From: Octopus sinensis
Taxonomy: Eukaryota
NCBI RefSeq assembly: GCF_006345805.1
Contig: NC_043008.1
Coordinates: 27,342,001 to 27,406,000, forward strand
Length of the DNA: 64,000 nt
Direction: 5' to 3'
Below are positions 13,353 through 27,520 of the stretch, piece by piece. The notes under the pieces are model-generated. The model searched no databases. It saw nothing but the letters and a program-made list of their open reading frames with translations, and was not told the origin of the DNA. The first letter of the stretch is position 1; each line of letters starts with the position of its first letter. The position numbers were made by a program, and so were the translations under genes.

Positions 13353-13948
13353 TCAGCAGAGAATACTGAGGAAATAAATGAAATACTTATACAACACCAC
13401 AGAAAAGCAGACGCAATGTCAAGAATGGATATAAGTATCCCAAATATATCCATATCAAATTATATAACAATCCTCGACACGTCGTGTATAGCCGATCAAC
13501 AATATCCGGTCACACGCACACACGCATACAGGTACATAGGTAACGTATACATATATACACATGTACCCACTCACTCATATATATTTGTGTATACATATGC
13601 ATGTACATATACATATACACACACACGCACATATATATATATATATATATATGTATAGATATATATACCCACATTCATATACAAATATACACAAATAACC
13701 ATGCACACACATTTACAAACACATGTATCCGCTTGCATGTCCTTATATGCGTGCGCATACATATACACATACATGCACACGCACAAATATACGTGTAGGC
13801 ACACAACTTCCCCCGTCAACATAAATATTACTCTATCTTTAATCGATCTATTCTGAAGCTATTTTAAGCCACCCCACCCAATATCGAGTCTATTATAGCA
13901 GCAGCTAATAAACAAAAGCTTTCTCTCTACTATCAAAACTCACAGTAA

Positions 13949-14040
13949 CACTGAATACACGAACACGCAATATATACACAGCTCTTGCATTGAATACACT
14001 GAATACACGAACACGCAATATATACACAGCTCTTGCATTG
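13949..14040 (+). repeat. Local tandem duplication of ~44-48 bp
   Basis: CACTGAATACACGAACACGCAATATATACACAGCTCTTGCATTG occurs twice. Confidence 0.9.
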
Positions 14041-14259
14041 AAACCCATGTTAGACTACAACCATAACTCAACCTATCCTACTAACACTATCCAAAATACT
14101 ACAACAACCTCCACCACCGTTTCAGATAGAATAATTAACAACGATAGCAATAACAATGGTAATAGTAATAACAATACTAATAACTTAGACCTTTCTACAC
14201 CCATCTCTATCTTCTCCTCTGACAGTATTATCTCCTCCATTTCTGAAAATAATCCCCAA

Positions 14260-14640
14260 AATACACCTACTTGTAGTTACCATCCTGGGTCTCTCTGCCC
14301 TCTACAAGCCCATTGTAGAATATCTATTGTAATTTATAAATGCACCGTCCTCAATACATTGCACAATTCTACAGTTATATATATTGGGTCAATCAAAAAC
14401 GTTTAAACAACGATATGCCTCTCTTCTCAATTCTTTTAGATACAAGAAACACAGTAAATCCACAACACTCGCCAGTCACATATATCATCTCAAAAAAAGA
14501 AATATTTCCTATATTTTGTCGTGGTCCATAATAGATTCGGGGCTTCCATGCAAAGGTTAACGCTTAGCCTGTAAGCTGTGCCTAAAAGATGCATTTCACA
14601 TAGTGATTCTACCACCTCACTGCCTTAGAAATAATTATAA
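14260..14640 (+). mobile_element. PLE GIY-YIG endonuclease remnant
   Basis: LCPLQAHCRISIVIYKCTV...VIYIGSIK, then STTLASHIYHLKK...SWSII...CKLCLK in another frame. Same subgroup as 8640-9590. Confidence 0.7.
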
Positions 14641-15035
14641 CAAATGCAGTTAATTAGGGGTTCCTATTATATAGTCTTTCGATTATTTATAATTACTTTT
14701 TGCAGTCTCCGAAAGTTTTACCCCAAAACATATAGGTATTGATTTCCCAAAACCTGTTAATTGAATTACTTAACGATTGTACAAAGATGAACTGAAGGAA
14801 ACGATTTCGGAAGCAATCGGCAACTTAAACAAGGAGACCGTCTAGAAGAGCTGCAGGAGATACTGAAATATCTGGAGGCCGTGGTTGAAGCCAATGGCGA
14901 TTTTATTGAATAAATTTACCGTTTAGTATCTCAAGATATTTTTATGTAATTTCGCAAAATATATCAGTTAAAATTGGATGGCAATATCATTTTAATGTTT
15001 GTGTAATTTAGACGACAGTTAATTCACCGCACACT

Positions 15036-15635
15036 AGGTGTGGCTGTGTAGAAAAGAGCTTGTATCCCACCCACATTGTTATAGGTTCAGTCCTACGGCG
15101 TGGCACCTTTGGCAAGTGTCTTCTACAATATCTTTGGGCCCACTAATGCCTTTAAATTGTATTTGGGAGACGGAAACTGAAAGATGCCCGTCATATATAT
15201 ATATATATATACAATAATGAAATAATTACTATGAAGCATTTTGTAGAATATATTGTATGAAAGATCGTGGGTAAAGCCAAAACAATGCGATGTAAATTCA
15301 AGGTAAATCACAAGCAAACAATTATGTGATTGAATGTAAACTTACCTTGTATTCAATATTTCGGGATTATGACCCCATTTTTAAGATATAGAGGAATGTT
15401 GTCGATGTGAGTGTGTGAAGAGGAAAGGTGTTGCTTTGGCAACCAGCTACCTTCCTGTAACTCTCTTCTGTTGTTTATTTGGGGTTCTTTTTGTGTATGA
15501 GGATAGCCTCAGAGATTCTAAGGCTGACTAGGTTCCACTTACAAAGAATGAGTCCTGGGGTCGTTTCGTTCAAGTAAAGACGGTGCTCCAGCAAGACTAC
15601 AGTAAAATTACTGAAACAGAAAAGGAATAAAAGAA
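15036..15635 (+). mobile_element. Fragmented SINE: 5' part ~15036-15205, 3' part ~15480-15635
   Basis: GGTGTGGCTGTG...GGTTCAGTCC...GGCAAGTGTCTTCTAC...GACGGAAACTGAAAGATGCCCGTC and TACAAAGAATGAGTCCTGGGGTCG...GGTGCTCCAGC, the reverse complement of the 39510-39882 family. Confidence 0.65.
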
Positions 15636-15641
15636 TAAATA

Positions 15642-15682
<41 letters not shown>

Positions 15683-16545
15683 TATATATGTACATATATT
15701 TATGTATAAATATCAGGGGCGAAAGGTCTATGTATGCAACTCGTGTACTGCATGCCTTACTATTTTCCCATGATAAACGTTTTTTGTATAATATATAACT
15801 GATTGTTGGTAATTTCCTCTAGATTCATTGTAGTCATATATACTTTTATTTCGCTTTTCTTCATTTCTTAGTATAAAGTTGTCAGCGGAAACATAGGGAA
15901 GGGAAGGCAATATTTTTACTGCTTGCTTTCACTTATAGGAAGAGCGCTGATGGTATTTTCTTTGTATTCTCTTATTTTCGAGAAGGAAAGTAAAAAATGA
16001 GTGAGTAGTTAAGAAAGAGAAAGACAGAGAAAGCAGATATTTTACTGCTTGCCTTTTAGCCGTATTAAACCAGCAGACACGTTGTCAACATTTTTTCTCT
16101 TGAAGTGTTGATGTTTTACTGTCGTATGTAGCAGAGATCAAAAACCTACCAATTCAGAGGACTTCCTGAGGCTTTCCTCATAGTTGGACAATTTACAAGT
16201 CTATTTTATTGCTTTCAGATATATTTCGTGCAATTATTCGGTACCGAAGAGCACACATTGTATCTTTTATGTTCTATTTGTTTCAATCACTGAATTGTGG
16301 CCAAGCTGGGGCACCACCTTAATTAATATATAGTCTAATGAAACTACCCTAGTTCTTCTTTTTTAAAACCTCGTGCTGATTCTGAGAGTCTCTCGTCCTG
16401 AACTTCTATGTTACTGGAATCCAAACATATCAACGCAGGTTGTGAAGCGTCGGTGAAAGACAAACACAGACACAAAGACACGCAACAAATACACACACAC
16501 ACATACACACATCTCTATTTCTTTAGCACTTATTCCAAATACAAG

Positions 16546-16577
<32 letters not shown>

Positions 16578-16944
16578 TGCTCTCTCTCTCAGTTTCTCCT
16601 CATCCATCACCCTCTTGTACTGTCTTATATTCCTCCCCACCACTACAAACTCAATACCACTATAAAATGGTCAAAATTTTCACACAGGAACTTAGTTTGA
16701 TTTGAAAACCCCACTAGAATGGGAGAAAGCGCTAATACATGATCTAAGTTATATGATGCATAAAAATGTAATATACAAATAAATATCTGTAAATATAAAC
16801 CATCCGATTTTCTGAGTACCTCATTTCTTCTAATATAAAATATGTGTACATCATCTCCAAATCTTCCAATATACATATATATATATATATATATATATGC
16901 AAGGAATTAAATAGAGATACAACTGACAATCCAATATTATAAAA

Positions 16945-18150
16945 CAGGGTTCGGAGGATATTTGGGGACATTTTGATTTTAGTTCACTACTCCTTCAATT
17001 TATTTAATGCATCATTTTTTTTTTTCAGATAATTCTTTCAAGATATGCTAACTCAAGAAATGAAAATACAAGCAGTCACAGTTGTTATACATGCAAATCA
17101 CAGTGATTTAGAAATTAGTAAATTTCTAAAAGCTGCAAGATCATCTGTACGCAAATTTCGGTTGGAATCGGAGGTGTGTGATGGTAATGTTTCACTTGTA
17201 TCAAAGGGAAGACACATTCAAAACGCTCAGACACTAAAAGGATACCGGAAGTTATACCGCATGTTCAAAACAATATCAATGAAAACCCCAGAAGCTCAAT
17301 GAGATTCATTGCTAAAGAACCTCGTGTGTCATAGTGGACTATCAGAACTGTGGTACATCGTTATTTTCGGTACATGTCCTATGTAAAGAGGAGAAGCTAA
17401 TTCGTGTCTGCAAAGACATAGACAAACCGTCTCATTCGTTCAAACGGTTACTTAACAAAGTGAAAATCCCTCACGAACAAAGCATGCTTTGGTTTTTTTT
17501 ATGACGAAAAAATCAACGACCAGGTTCAAAAGTCTAAGGGAGGAAATTACAGGGGGCTATGTGTCTGTCTGAAGTACCGAGAATGATGCACACGAAACTT
17601 CCAGCAACTTTGATGGTTTTAGAAGTGGTGAGTAGCGAAGGTCATGTGATGCAACCCTTTTGTTTCCACCGTCTTGGAATTAATGCTGCTAGATACATTG
17701 AGTTGCTGGAAACTGTTAACAAGCCACGGATTGATGAAATATGCTATGGATACAACACCTTGTCACAAAGTCTTAGTCACCCATCAATGTCGGACAATAT
17801 TTACGTTTATGTAACACTCAATATATGGGTTCCAAACTCGCCAGAGTGTGGAGCAATGTTGAAAGAGAGACTGACCGTTATCTTCATAATGTCATGGATT
17901 CACTGAAGACCGCAATTGTCCAGGTGATGTCCAAAGGGAATAAGGACCATATAGTGTCAGCATGCAAGCGGTTTCGGTCCCACATTAAAGCAGTGATCGA
18001 AGCCGAAGGGAATTTAATAAACTAATTTGCTTCAAAAATCATTAACAAATCTATCTACAGAAATGTATATTCAAATACATATTTATTTATGCGGAAATAT
18101 AGTTGTTCTATTGTATAACAAATCTGTCCTCAAATACCCCTCGCACCGTG
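16945..18150 (+). mobile_element. Tc1/mariner-superfamily transposon (probably DD37D maT-like), highly degenerate
   Basis: Degenerate ~26-bp TIRs CAGGGTTCGGAGGATATTTGGGGACA / CACGGTGCGAGGGGTATTTGAGGACA. ORF pieces TKLPATLMVLEVVSSEGHVM, YIELLETVNKP, WVPNSP, VWSNVERETD...HNVMDSLKTAIV...ACKRFRSHIKAVIEAEG. Confidence 0.75.
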
Positions 18151-18910
18151 TATAACATAGTATACTATGAATATAATATAATATAAGACAAGATAAGATA
18201 ACATAAAAAATTATTAAATAATCAAATGAGTCAACAATTTGTTTCAGCGTATATACATTGTTTGATTATTAAAAACCCAGTTCACAGTTCTATATTTAAG
18301 ATATGAGGATATAGTTTAACTCTTATTTTTTCAAGGCTTGAATACCAATTGAAAAATTCAAATTTGATTGCAAAGAATTCAAATTTGATGGCAAAGAATC
18401 CAAACTGGATCGAAAACATCTATATTATATTCTTCATTTAATTTACCGGAGGGAGAATTTCGTAATAAATATGAAGATAAAGTTAGAGCTACAATAACTG
18501 CAACCTATATTATCTCATAGATATAGAGTTAGACTATAATAATGGATATCAAAATATCACTAGTTTTTTTTAGAAGTAAACAGGTTTGAAGTTACTTAAA
18601 TAAGGAGTATTCACAGTAACTAACAAGCAGAGGTTCCTATATTCATACATTATGGAAGGGAAAATTCTTCAAATAAAATTCAACTATATAAAAAACAAAG
18701 CAAGGTTTGGGTACCGAACTCGATAAATATAACTGATGTTATTTTTTTATAGAAGGATCTATAAATAGTATATATCCAGGTTTTATTAATTCTTTCAAAA
18801 GTAACGAAATAATATTGTTGCCATAACAATACAAGTTAGAAACTATTCAATACTATAATAATTAGTATTGTAGTTATTCAGTTTAGTGAGTCAAATAACG
18901 CTATTCATTT

Positions 18911-18942
<32 letters not shown>

Positions 18943-19203
18943 TATTATTAATGTTATTTTCATCAATTTGTTAATAAATTTAATGAATGTATTTATACAT
19001 ATAATTATTTAGTATAATGAAGATATCTTATTGTAATATGCAATTAATATTAAATTACTAATATAATTTTACAGTAACTACAATAATTTGCACTAGAAGA
19101 TCCAAAATTCTGAAATATTCCACTAAAAATTAATTTTCCAAATTCATTAATATTATATAGATTATGATGACAAAACTTAAACATATACATGCACATATAT
19201 ATA

Positions 19204-19275
<72 letters not shown>

Positions 19276-19868
19276 TCACATATTCATACAAATATATATA
19301 TTCATACACAGGTACATATACACAGATATATACATATACGAAAAATATATACATGTATACAACCAAAATATACTCATAGATATGCAAAACTACATACAAA
19401 CAACACACACACAAATATGTACATACATACATATATCCGACAGGCTTTTTTTTCAGTTTCCCTCTATCAGATCCACTCACACGGCTTTAGTATAATCTAT
19501 ATAAATATAAAACTGAGAATGTGTGTCTCTCTGTCTGTATATTTGCATCACTAACACTCAAGACCTACTCAACCGATTTCATTCATATATTACACAACAC
19601 TTACTTAGAGGTCATGCAGTGTGGTGGACCCCGAAAACTTTCAACCTCTTGCATAATGTGACCCGGAAAAGGTTTTATTACATACACCATTTCAGTATTA
19701 CGTATCAAACGTGACACAATGACATCTCCGTTTCAATGTGATTTATTTTCAGTTTTAATACTGAAATTATTATATACCTTCCTATTAATATTGAAACTAT
19801 TATCTCACATATATACTTGCATACACACGCACACACACACACACAAATTGAGAAGAGAGGCATATTGG

Positions 19869-20430
19869 TGTTATTTTGCGGTTGAAGCTTTTGGCTGTTA
19901 TTTCTAGTGGGTGAAACGCCCTTTATGGCCGTTCCTTGATTGTGATGTTGAACTTAAAAATGGTCTATGACTATTTAATTTTTTCCCACTAGACCGCTGG
20001 TGGCAAAAAAATTCTACAAAATTGTTTGCCACCCTATATTGATTAATTATGAATTTTCTGGTTAATTCCGTAATGGAATCGGCGGCTTATATTTATTTGC
20101 TGCCGATAAATTTGGCGCGAGTGCGATGATTTGAAAATTTTAGGTCAGATATTGCCGAGGCAGGGACGGAAATGCCTCGTGAAAAATATCTGTTCCGACT
20201 TGGCTATTTCTTACTGATGATTCTAAGGGCCTATGGTAGATTGGCTTGATTTAATTTAATCAGGTTAGTTTACCATTAAACAGTAGATGAAACGGTGCAT
20301 CGTATAAGAAATTACAGGGTAAATGTTTTTTAATTTTCTCCTGGTTTACAGAATTGATGTTATTTTGCGGTTGAAGCTTTTGGCTGTTATTTCTAGTGGG
20401 TGAATGGCCTATTATGGCCGTTCCTTGATT

Positions 20431-20435
<5 letters not shown>
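19869..20435 (+). mobile_element. Retrozyme-like unit: 489-bp monomer plus 78-bp repeat of its start
   Basis: 19869-19946 is repeated at 20358-20435 with a few mismatches. It contains the HHR at 20206-20312 and several hairpins, and ends in (AT)n. Confidence 0.7.
20206..20312 (+). ncRNA. Type I hammerhead ribozyme with long stem II extension
   Basis: Stem I ATTTCTTA/TAAGAAAT (8 bp); CTGATGA 20214-20; stem II TCTA/TAGA (10.1-11.1 is a T:T mismatch) plus a 19-bp distal hairpin 20233-20276; GAAA 20289-92; near-palindromic stem III ACGGTGCATCGT; GUA triplet, predicted cut after 20304. Confidence 0.8.
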
Positions 20436-20486
<51 letters not shown>

Positions 20487-21149
20487 AGTTGCCCTGGATG
20501 CAAAATTTATGACTGCCCTGAAGTTTATATGCGCGTCAATCGAATTTTCTCTATAGTCATATTTTCTGTTATACACCCAAAATGTATGTGTGTATATTTA
20601 TATCTATGTAGGTGTACATCTAAATGTAAATATATGTATACGTATATAAATGTGTATTGAAGTATATACATATTTGCATGTGTATGCGTGTGTATTTGTG
20701 TGTGTGTATCGTTATCTGACTTTTCGTTTGTATTTATGAAGTTATGTAGTGTCTCCTTGATAACTGAAGAGGTCGTATCATGCTACTTGATAGAAGTCAA
20801 TCAGTTTTCACATTTTATTTTCGTGGTAAGGAGTTAAAAATAACACTCTGCTCTTTGATTTTCTAGTGCGCAATATCGTAGCCTACAAGGCAAAATTTGC
20901 ATTACAGTTTGAAAATCCATTTATATTTAGATACATTATATTTTATTTAATAAATATATTAGGTTAGTTAATGTATATATTTTTTATATCTATTATATTT
21001 TGCTTATAAGCTCACGTTTATTTATTTAATTGTGTTAATTACTCTAGGGAACATGTAAATATTTCGTATTGTTGCTAAAATTATAATATTTGAAATTTAT
21101 AATTTTTTGGTGCAAAATTCAGTTACGTTTCTAACTTACCTTTATTCTC

Positions 21150-22140
21150 CACGTTTACTCCAAATTCTGGATTTGTTGGCCTACATTTAGTTGTAGCCTA
21201 CACTGGCGACTGTAAACAAATTTTCTCATCCTAACTTGCATCTTGAATTGCTTTTACTCTAGCGATTCTTGGTTTCTCTACTCCATACTCTGTTCCTTGT
21301 ATTCTGGCTCAAAGCGATCCATCCAGGTCTTTTATGTTGTGACTATTCTCCCTAAAACTTCCTTCCTTGTCTTCATCATTGTAACAGTAGTGTAAGCGTT
21401 GCGAGATATCCTCACAATTGCGAAAATCTGTCCATTTTTTGTTTCAATGGATCTATAAGTATGCATGTATTGATACATTCCTCATATGTTATCGTTACAC
21501 TTGGATGCTGTAAATGTTTATCCTGTTTGTTAATCTTCAATATTGTCTTTGTTTCTTTAGGTTATGTTGTTGCTTTTTATTTAAGTACTTAAGGTCTCAT
21601 TAGCGATTTTTTTTCTTTAATTTTCCTCTTTATGATTGGCAAATTTGTTTTGATGATGTTAAAAATGTTTTGGTGAAGCGGATTGCATATTACTAAGAGT
21701 GGTATTATGCTCCGTTGATGGGTTCGACTTTTTCGTGTTGCCCTAGATATCTTTGTTGCTTGTTGTATGATATTTTCTATGATTAGAAGAGGATAATTTT
21801 GCCTGAGTAGAAATCCTTTGCGTTTTATAAGTTGTGTGTTTCTGATATTTGACTCAATGGCTACAGTACAAATCTTCCTGGCTAGACAATACGGGATGTT
21901 GCATTTTTGTGTGTTGGGTGGTATGAGTCGAAATCTAGGTACTAATGTGTATCTGTGTTTTTGTAATTAATATCAGTTGTGATTGTGGTGTTGTTTTTAA
22001 TTACCATTATGTCAAGAAATGGTAATTGCGTGTTACTCATTTCTCTTGTGAAAATGTTTCGAATTTTTCCTTTCCACAAACTAAGCAAGTAAAGTTGGAA
22101 GAATGATTAAAAAAACCGTTTCTTGAAATATACAAACTAG
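21150..22140 (-). mobile_element. PLE remnant (RT C-terminus and thumb region)
   Basis: EMSNTQLPFLDIMVIKNNTTITTDINYKNTDTH*YLDFDSYHP, then IPYCLARKICTV...FLLRQNYP after a frameshift. Confidence 0.7.
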
Positions 22141-22170
22141 TTCTGAACGGGAATAATAATAATAATAATG

Positions 22171-22238
<68 letters not shown>

Positions 22239-22249
22239 GTAATAATAAT

Positions 22250-22430
22250 ATAGCAAACCGTTGAATGTGGATTGAAAAAATCTCTCACATATTACTATAA
22301 ACAAATTACAAAATATCGGTACGCCTGGCACACCCTGCTGTATTAGTTTCTCTTCAGCTTGCTGGAGTGTTCTAAGAGGTACTACAGTCAAGAACCCAAA
22401 TGTCAGTTAAGCATAATAAAAATTGAAAAC
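22250..22430 (+). mobile_element. Possible 3' end of an R4/Dong-like retrotransposon next to (TAA)n
   Basis: ITINKLQNIGTPGT resembles the C-terminal ..IHKIALLGTAH.. of 45255-45895; follows the (TAA)n run at 22152-22250. Confidence 0.35.
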
Positions 22431-22499
22431 CAGACCATATTTTAAAATTTATTCAACTGATATTTTATTATATACACGTTCACATATATTCGAAACAAT

Positions 22500-22544
<45 letters not shown>

Positions 22545-22624
22545 AATCTACACACACACACCCATACATACATATATACACACGCACACACACACACACA
22601 CATATATATGTATATATATATATT

Positions 22625-22740
22625 GTCCTGTTCGCTTAGCCAGCGGGATGGCATCATTTGAAGGCTAAAAAATGTGAAACGCATTGTGACCAGCGATGTG
22701 TTGCAACATCTGATAACCTCGTCGGTCATGGTGGTGGTGC
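22625..22740 (+). mobile_element. SINE 3' fragment
   Basis: TAGCCAGCGGGATGGCATCATTTGAAGGCTAAAA...CATTGTGACCAG; a homologous segment lies on the minus strand at 47650-47790. Confidence 0.55.
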
Positions 22741-22792
22741 TGAAATATATATATAAATAAATAAATAATAAATATATATATATATATATTAT

Positions 22793-22848
<56 letters not shown>

Positions 22849-23177
22849 AATTAAGGACTGAACACGAAAAAGTGGACAATCAACATGCTAGATATAGACG
22901 TCAAATCGCTATTCTCCACAAAAGATTATGTTCTCAGATCAAACTCAACACCAACCCAAGCAATAAACAAGTGAAAATATACGAAAAACAATACTCATCC
23001 ATGTACTGAATCAGTTTCGACTATTATTATCCGTAAGGATACCCGTAGTCTTTGTCAGCATGACCGATATGAATGAAATCTGCTGAACTAGATGCAAAAA
23101 CAATACCGGAGTATCATCATGTGCGTAAAGTTCAACCGATTACATTCGAATGTGTATTTCAAATGCCTTTCACCTTG

Positions 23178-23232
<55 letters not shown>

Positions 23233-23242
23233 ATATATTATA

Positions 23243-23280
<38 letters not shown>

Positions 23281-23291
23281 ACATATATATA

Positions 23292-23506
23292 TGTAAAATA
23301 ATATGTGACAATTATTCAATAGCCAAGATAAAACTCGGAGTTTCGGATGCCGAAGTGGAAATCCACAACACCATCTCTTCGGTTATCTGTTACAGGTGAC
23401 TAGATAGCCAGATAACCGAAGAGATGGTGCTGTGGATTTCCACTTCTGCATCCGAAACTCCGAGTTTTATCTTGGCTATTGAATAATTGTCACATATTAT
23501 TTTACA
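23292..23506. repeat. 98-bp inverted repeat (2 mismatches, 19-bp spacer) carrying two opposed HHR-like motifs
   Basis: Arms 23292-23389 and 23409-23506. The plus-strand motif is GATAA-CCGAAGA-GATG...CATCC-GAAA-CTCCGAGT-T-TTATC (23411-23471); core U4 is replaced by C. Confidence 0.85.
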
Positions 23507-24800
23507 GATAAATTTCCTCTATTTACATAATATTGAGGTATCTTTCTTTCTTATGTTATCTTACCGTTTTTATCAATATATACATATATATGTATATATA
23601 AATACACACACACACCCATATATATATATATATTTATGCATATATGAGTTTATATATATGTGTGTGTGTATATATGTATGTATTACTCCAGTGAGATAAA
23701 TGATATAATGACAAGGATAACGGAACTGGTCAGATACTGGAAAAGGTAATGCTATCTAGTCACCTGTAACATAATCTTTGAAGGTTTGATAATTGAGGGT
23801 AGGCCATAATCTGTGAGACACTTCGAATTTCAAAATAAAAAGATAATGAACGACAACTCATTAATGCTTGATTTAATTATATTTTATAATTCTCAGTTCG
23901 ACAAGTATCCAACGCCCTTACTGGAAGAATGAAATTATATTCTCCCATGCTGAACATAAAATATTGTTATCGATCTTGTGGTATTATACATTGTTACAAT
24001 AATTATTTAAATTAACAAAAAAAATTATAAACAGTCAGCTGGGAAGATTTAGACGTATATTGTTGGCATTTTTATACAAAATATATCCACTAAACTCCTG
24101 TCGATCAGATTTGGTATATAAACATTGTTAACTTTTCTTGATAAAAGCTAAAATACAATGTCTCTGCTAATGGAATAATGGTTCAAGTTACTCCCACGGG
24201 AGTGTCTCTTATTATCAGTCGCTGAAATAGTTAAGAACCTAGCAGCATTGCACATTTAGCTGATGTTTTGAATACTTTTCTTGGCACCCAATTACCATCA
24301 TTTGAATATCAGATTTCTGCTGTTTTTATTTTTCCTTTAAAAATATTAATAAATTAAAACAAAAACGAAATGCAATATAAATTTAATACAAAGGGACCAA
24401 TTTCATCTTTTCTCATATAATGCATTATGATAATACATTACAAAGCATTCTTGAAAACCACAGATATTTACAACTCATTATCTCATTTTGTTTCTTTTTG
24501 GGAAATATTTCACTACGAACACAACTTACGCCTTAAATACGTTCATCTAAGTAAATTCCAGTTTAAAATTATGATTTAGATGTCTGAGAAAATGGCCGTT
24601 TAGGATTAATTTCGTTGCACTTTAGCTTCAACCACTTAAGTTAAATATAAGTTGTCAAATGGAACTGAAACCAATGTCTACTTGCAGAAGCAATTATTTG
24701 TCTATTAGCCCGTGTTGATTTTCGAAATATTCATTATATATTTGTGTTTTGTTTTGCGTATGTGTTTCAGATTGTGTGCTTGTGCATGTGTGTGCATGTT

Positions 24801-24831
<31 letters not shown>

Positions 24832-27319
24832 GTGTGTGTGCATCTGTGCGCGTTCTTGTATTTGTGTATTTGTCAATGGGCGGGTGTATTCGAATACAGA
24901 ACTCTAATTAAATGAAGACTTAGTTGTATTGATTCAGTTTCAGTTAAAACAACATACACTAATAATAAAAATGTCAATACACAAAACAAAAATAAAGACT
25001 AGAAAGAAATGATCGAAACACGAAAACTGTTTTAAGATTTCACGGTTGAGTATTCGATGAGAGAGTGGAAGACAGGTGCAGAGACATAGAGATAAATCTA
25101 ATGCAATTTTTTCCATTCAAAATAGAATATAACCATCGTCCCATTTTTCCAAAGCATCTGTTACAGAGCAAAATTAAATACCGAGATTACGCCTGCTTAA
25201 AACTGAACTGGCCAGTTAACCAAAATTTTTACACTAAACTTCACACAATCCTCACGGACTAAAAAGTAATTAAACATTTTTGTTGTTGTTTTGCAGTTTG
25301 CTTTTCAGTTAGCACTTTGCAAATTTGGGTTTGTAACTATAAATTCGGCATAGTAGTCTCATACATTTTGAAACAAAACATTATATTCAATTTTATAAAA
25401 CTTCCAGTGTCTACATGTGAATATCAAAATCCATTTGTAACAATTAAAAGTAATACAAGGATATAGATTTGAAATGCCTTTCTTGATAACTTAGTGAATC
25501 AAGCGAGGATGACACGAACACAATATAATTTATCAGCGAAGAAAAAAATTAATTTATGGTAATTTAAGATTACGAAATCACAATATTATTATCATTTTTT
25601 CATTTTACGTTCTGGCTATTTCAGTGTAAAACTCAAGGCATGTTTATAGTCATGGGTATATAAAAAATCCATTTCATAAATACTAGAGTCGCATAAACAT
25701 TGACACGACTAGCAACAAAACAATCACCACAATCACAAACGACAGTTATGCATGCCTCACCTCCTCTACATTCATCACTTCCCTTTCCTTGACCACCATT
25801 ACTTTGGCACCACATAGCTAGTTTTGTTAGAAAAATTCAAGACAGAAAACAACAAGAAAAATCTTATGAGATTTTTTTATCTGCTGCCTTTTATTCAATT
25901 TGCAATTAATTGAATTACTTCCCAGAAAACACTGGAAACAAATGAATGGTCTTAAGACAGTGTAATTTAATCTTGTCGAATTTTTTACCTTCATCAATTT
26001 TAGAAACAAATTTTATAAACAATTTCAGTAGTCTTCTTATTTTGTAAACTTCTAACATAGCCAGTAGCTGGGTGATTAATTAGTAAATCCAGGTGTTCAA
26101 CAGTGATTTTAATTATAAACACATTTCTGATAGCAAAACTAAAATAATTCAAAAGTATTATTCTTTTATGTTTGTATAAATATATTATTTTGAATAAAAA
26201 TATAATGTAGAAATCACCAGTGATGAACTAAAAACAACAAAAGGAAAGAATAAAGGAGAACACAGAGTATATAATTTAGTCATTGGATGAAATAGACGAG
26301 AACTTAACATTTCAGACATTGGCACTTTATCAAATATATACGCAAATATAATACAATACAATAAAAAGTAAAATTCATAAAAATAAGTGTTGTTTATATT
26401 TGAGGCATCATAATGAATGAAAAAAAAGGAAGTCGCAGCGGCAGATATATCTAGGCGACTCTTTTACAAACAAAATGGTTGGCATGAAGGATGTTAAATG
26501 GGAGAATGGATGATATTTATGTGTTTATCTTTTTGTGTTTTTGCAACGTCAGAATGTTTCTATGAACATGAGTACGTAAGCACATTTGATAAGTGTGTGT
26601 GCGTGCGCGTTTGTTATGAGGAATAAATTAAGATAGGCGGCATGTTTGGTAGTATAAAGAATGAATGAGAAAGAAAGAGAGAGTGTGTGCGTGCACGCGT
26701 GGATGTGTGATTGTGTGGTAGGTTGTTATGACGGTTCATTATTCAAAAACCACAACACTCGTTATCCGTACAATATATACTTGCGGCAACTACGTACTCG
26801 CAAAAGTGCATATGAGCAATATACCCGTCAGATTATAGTCGTCGTTAATGTTGAATTGAAATCAGATGCAAGCATGTTGATCAGCGATGAAATTCATCCC
26901 GGCCTGACCATCAAACTAATGACATCAAACATGATCTGCACTATACTGACCTCAACTAATTCAACATTTTCGCTTGTTATATTTTTCGTGTGACTGCCAA
27001 ATCCAGTTAAAGTTGTGTCCTCTATGATGATGGTTTTAAACAGGAAGCATACTATTAAGTATTGTATTCAACTCGAGCTGAACGAGGCTACTCTCTTCCC
27101 CCTCACTTGATTTGTATCAAGCACCAACTTGTCTTTTTCTGGAAAGTCTACTAAAATTTCTCAATGGGAGTAACGGAAAAGGTTCTACCCCATATACAAG
27201 AATGTGTATATTGGTCACGTTGAAAACCAGGTACTTAATTTACTAAAGGCATCATTTACAATATAACGCTAGTAAAATATTAGTTGAGCCTAGCCACCAA
27301 TTCTTAGTTATATTTTATA

Positions 27320-27520
27320 ATATACTAGCAGAAATACCCAACGTAACCCGGTTTAAAGAAAATAATGAAATTTAAAATGCCTTTTAAGTATCTAACATGA
27401 AATATAGATTACGCGGGTCTTACCTCCTAGTTGCTGAGTTACCAACTTGATACGTTAATAACCCGGTGTTTCCCAGGCTATTGAAAACAATGAAATTTAA
27501 ACATGCTTTTTAAATCTCAA
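27320..27520 (+). mobile_element. Helitron-like terminal/subterminal segment
   Basis: TATACTAGCAGAAATACCCAACGTAACCCGG motif with an internal repeat of ACCCGGT...AATGAAATTTAAA; lies near the helicase fragment. Confidence 0.4.
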
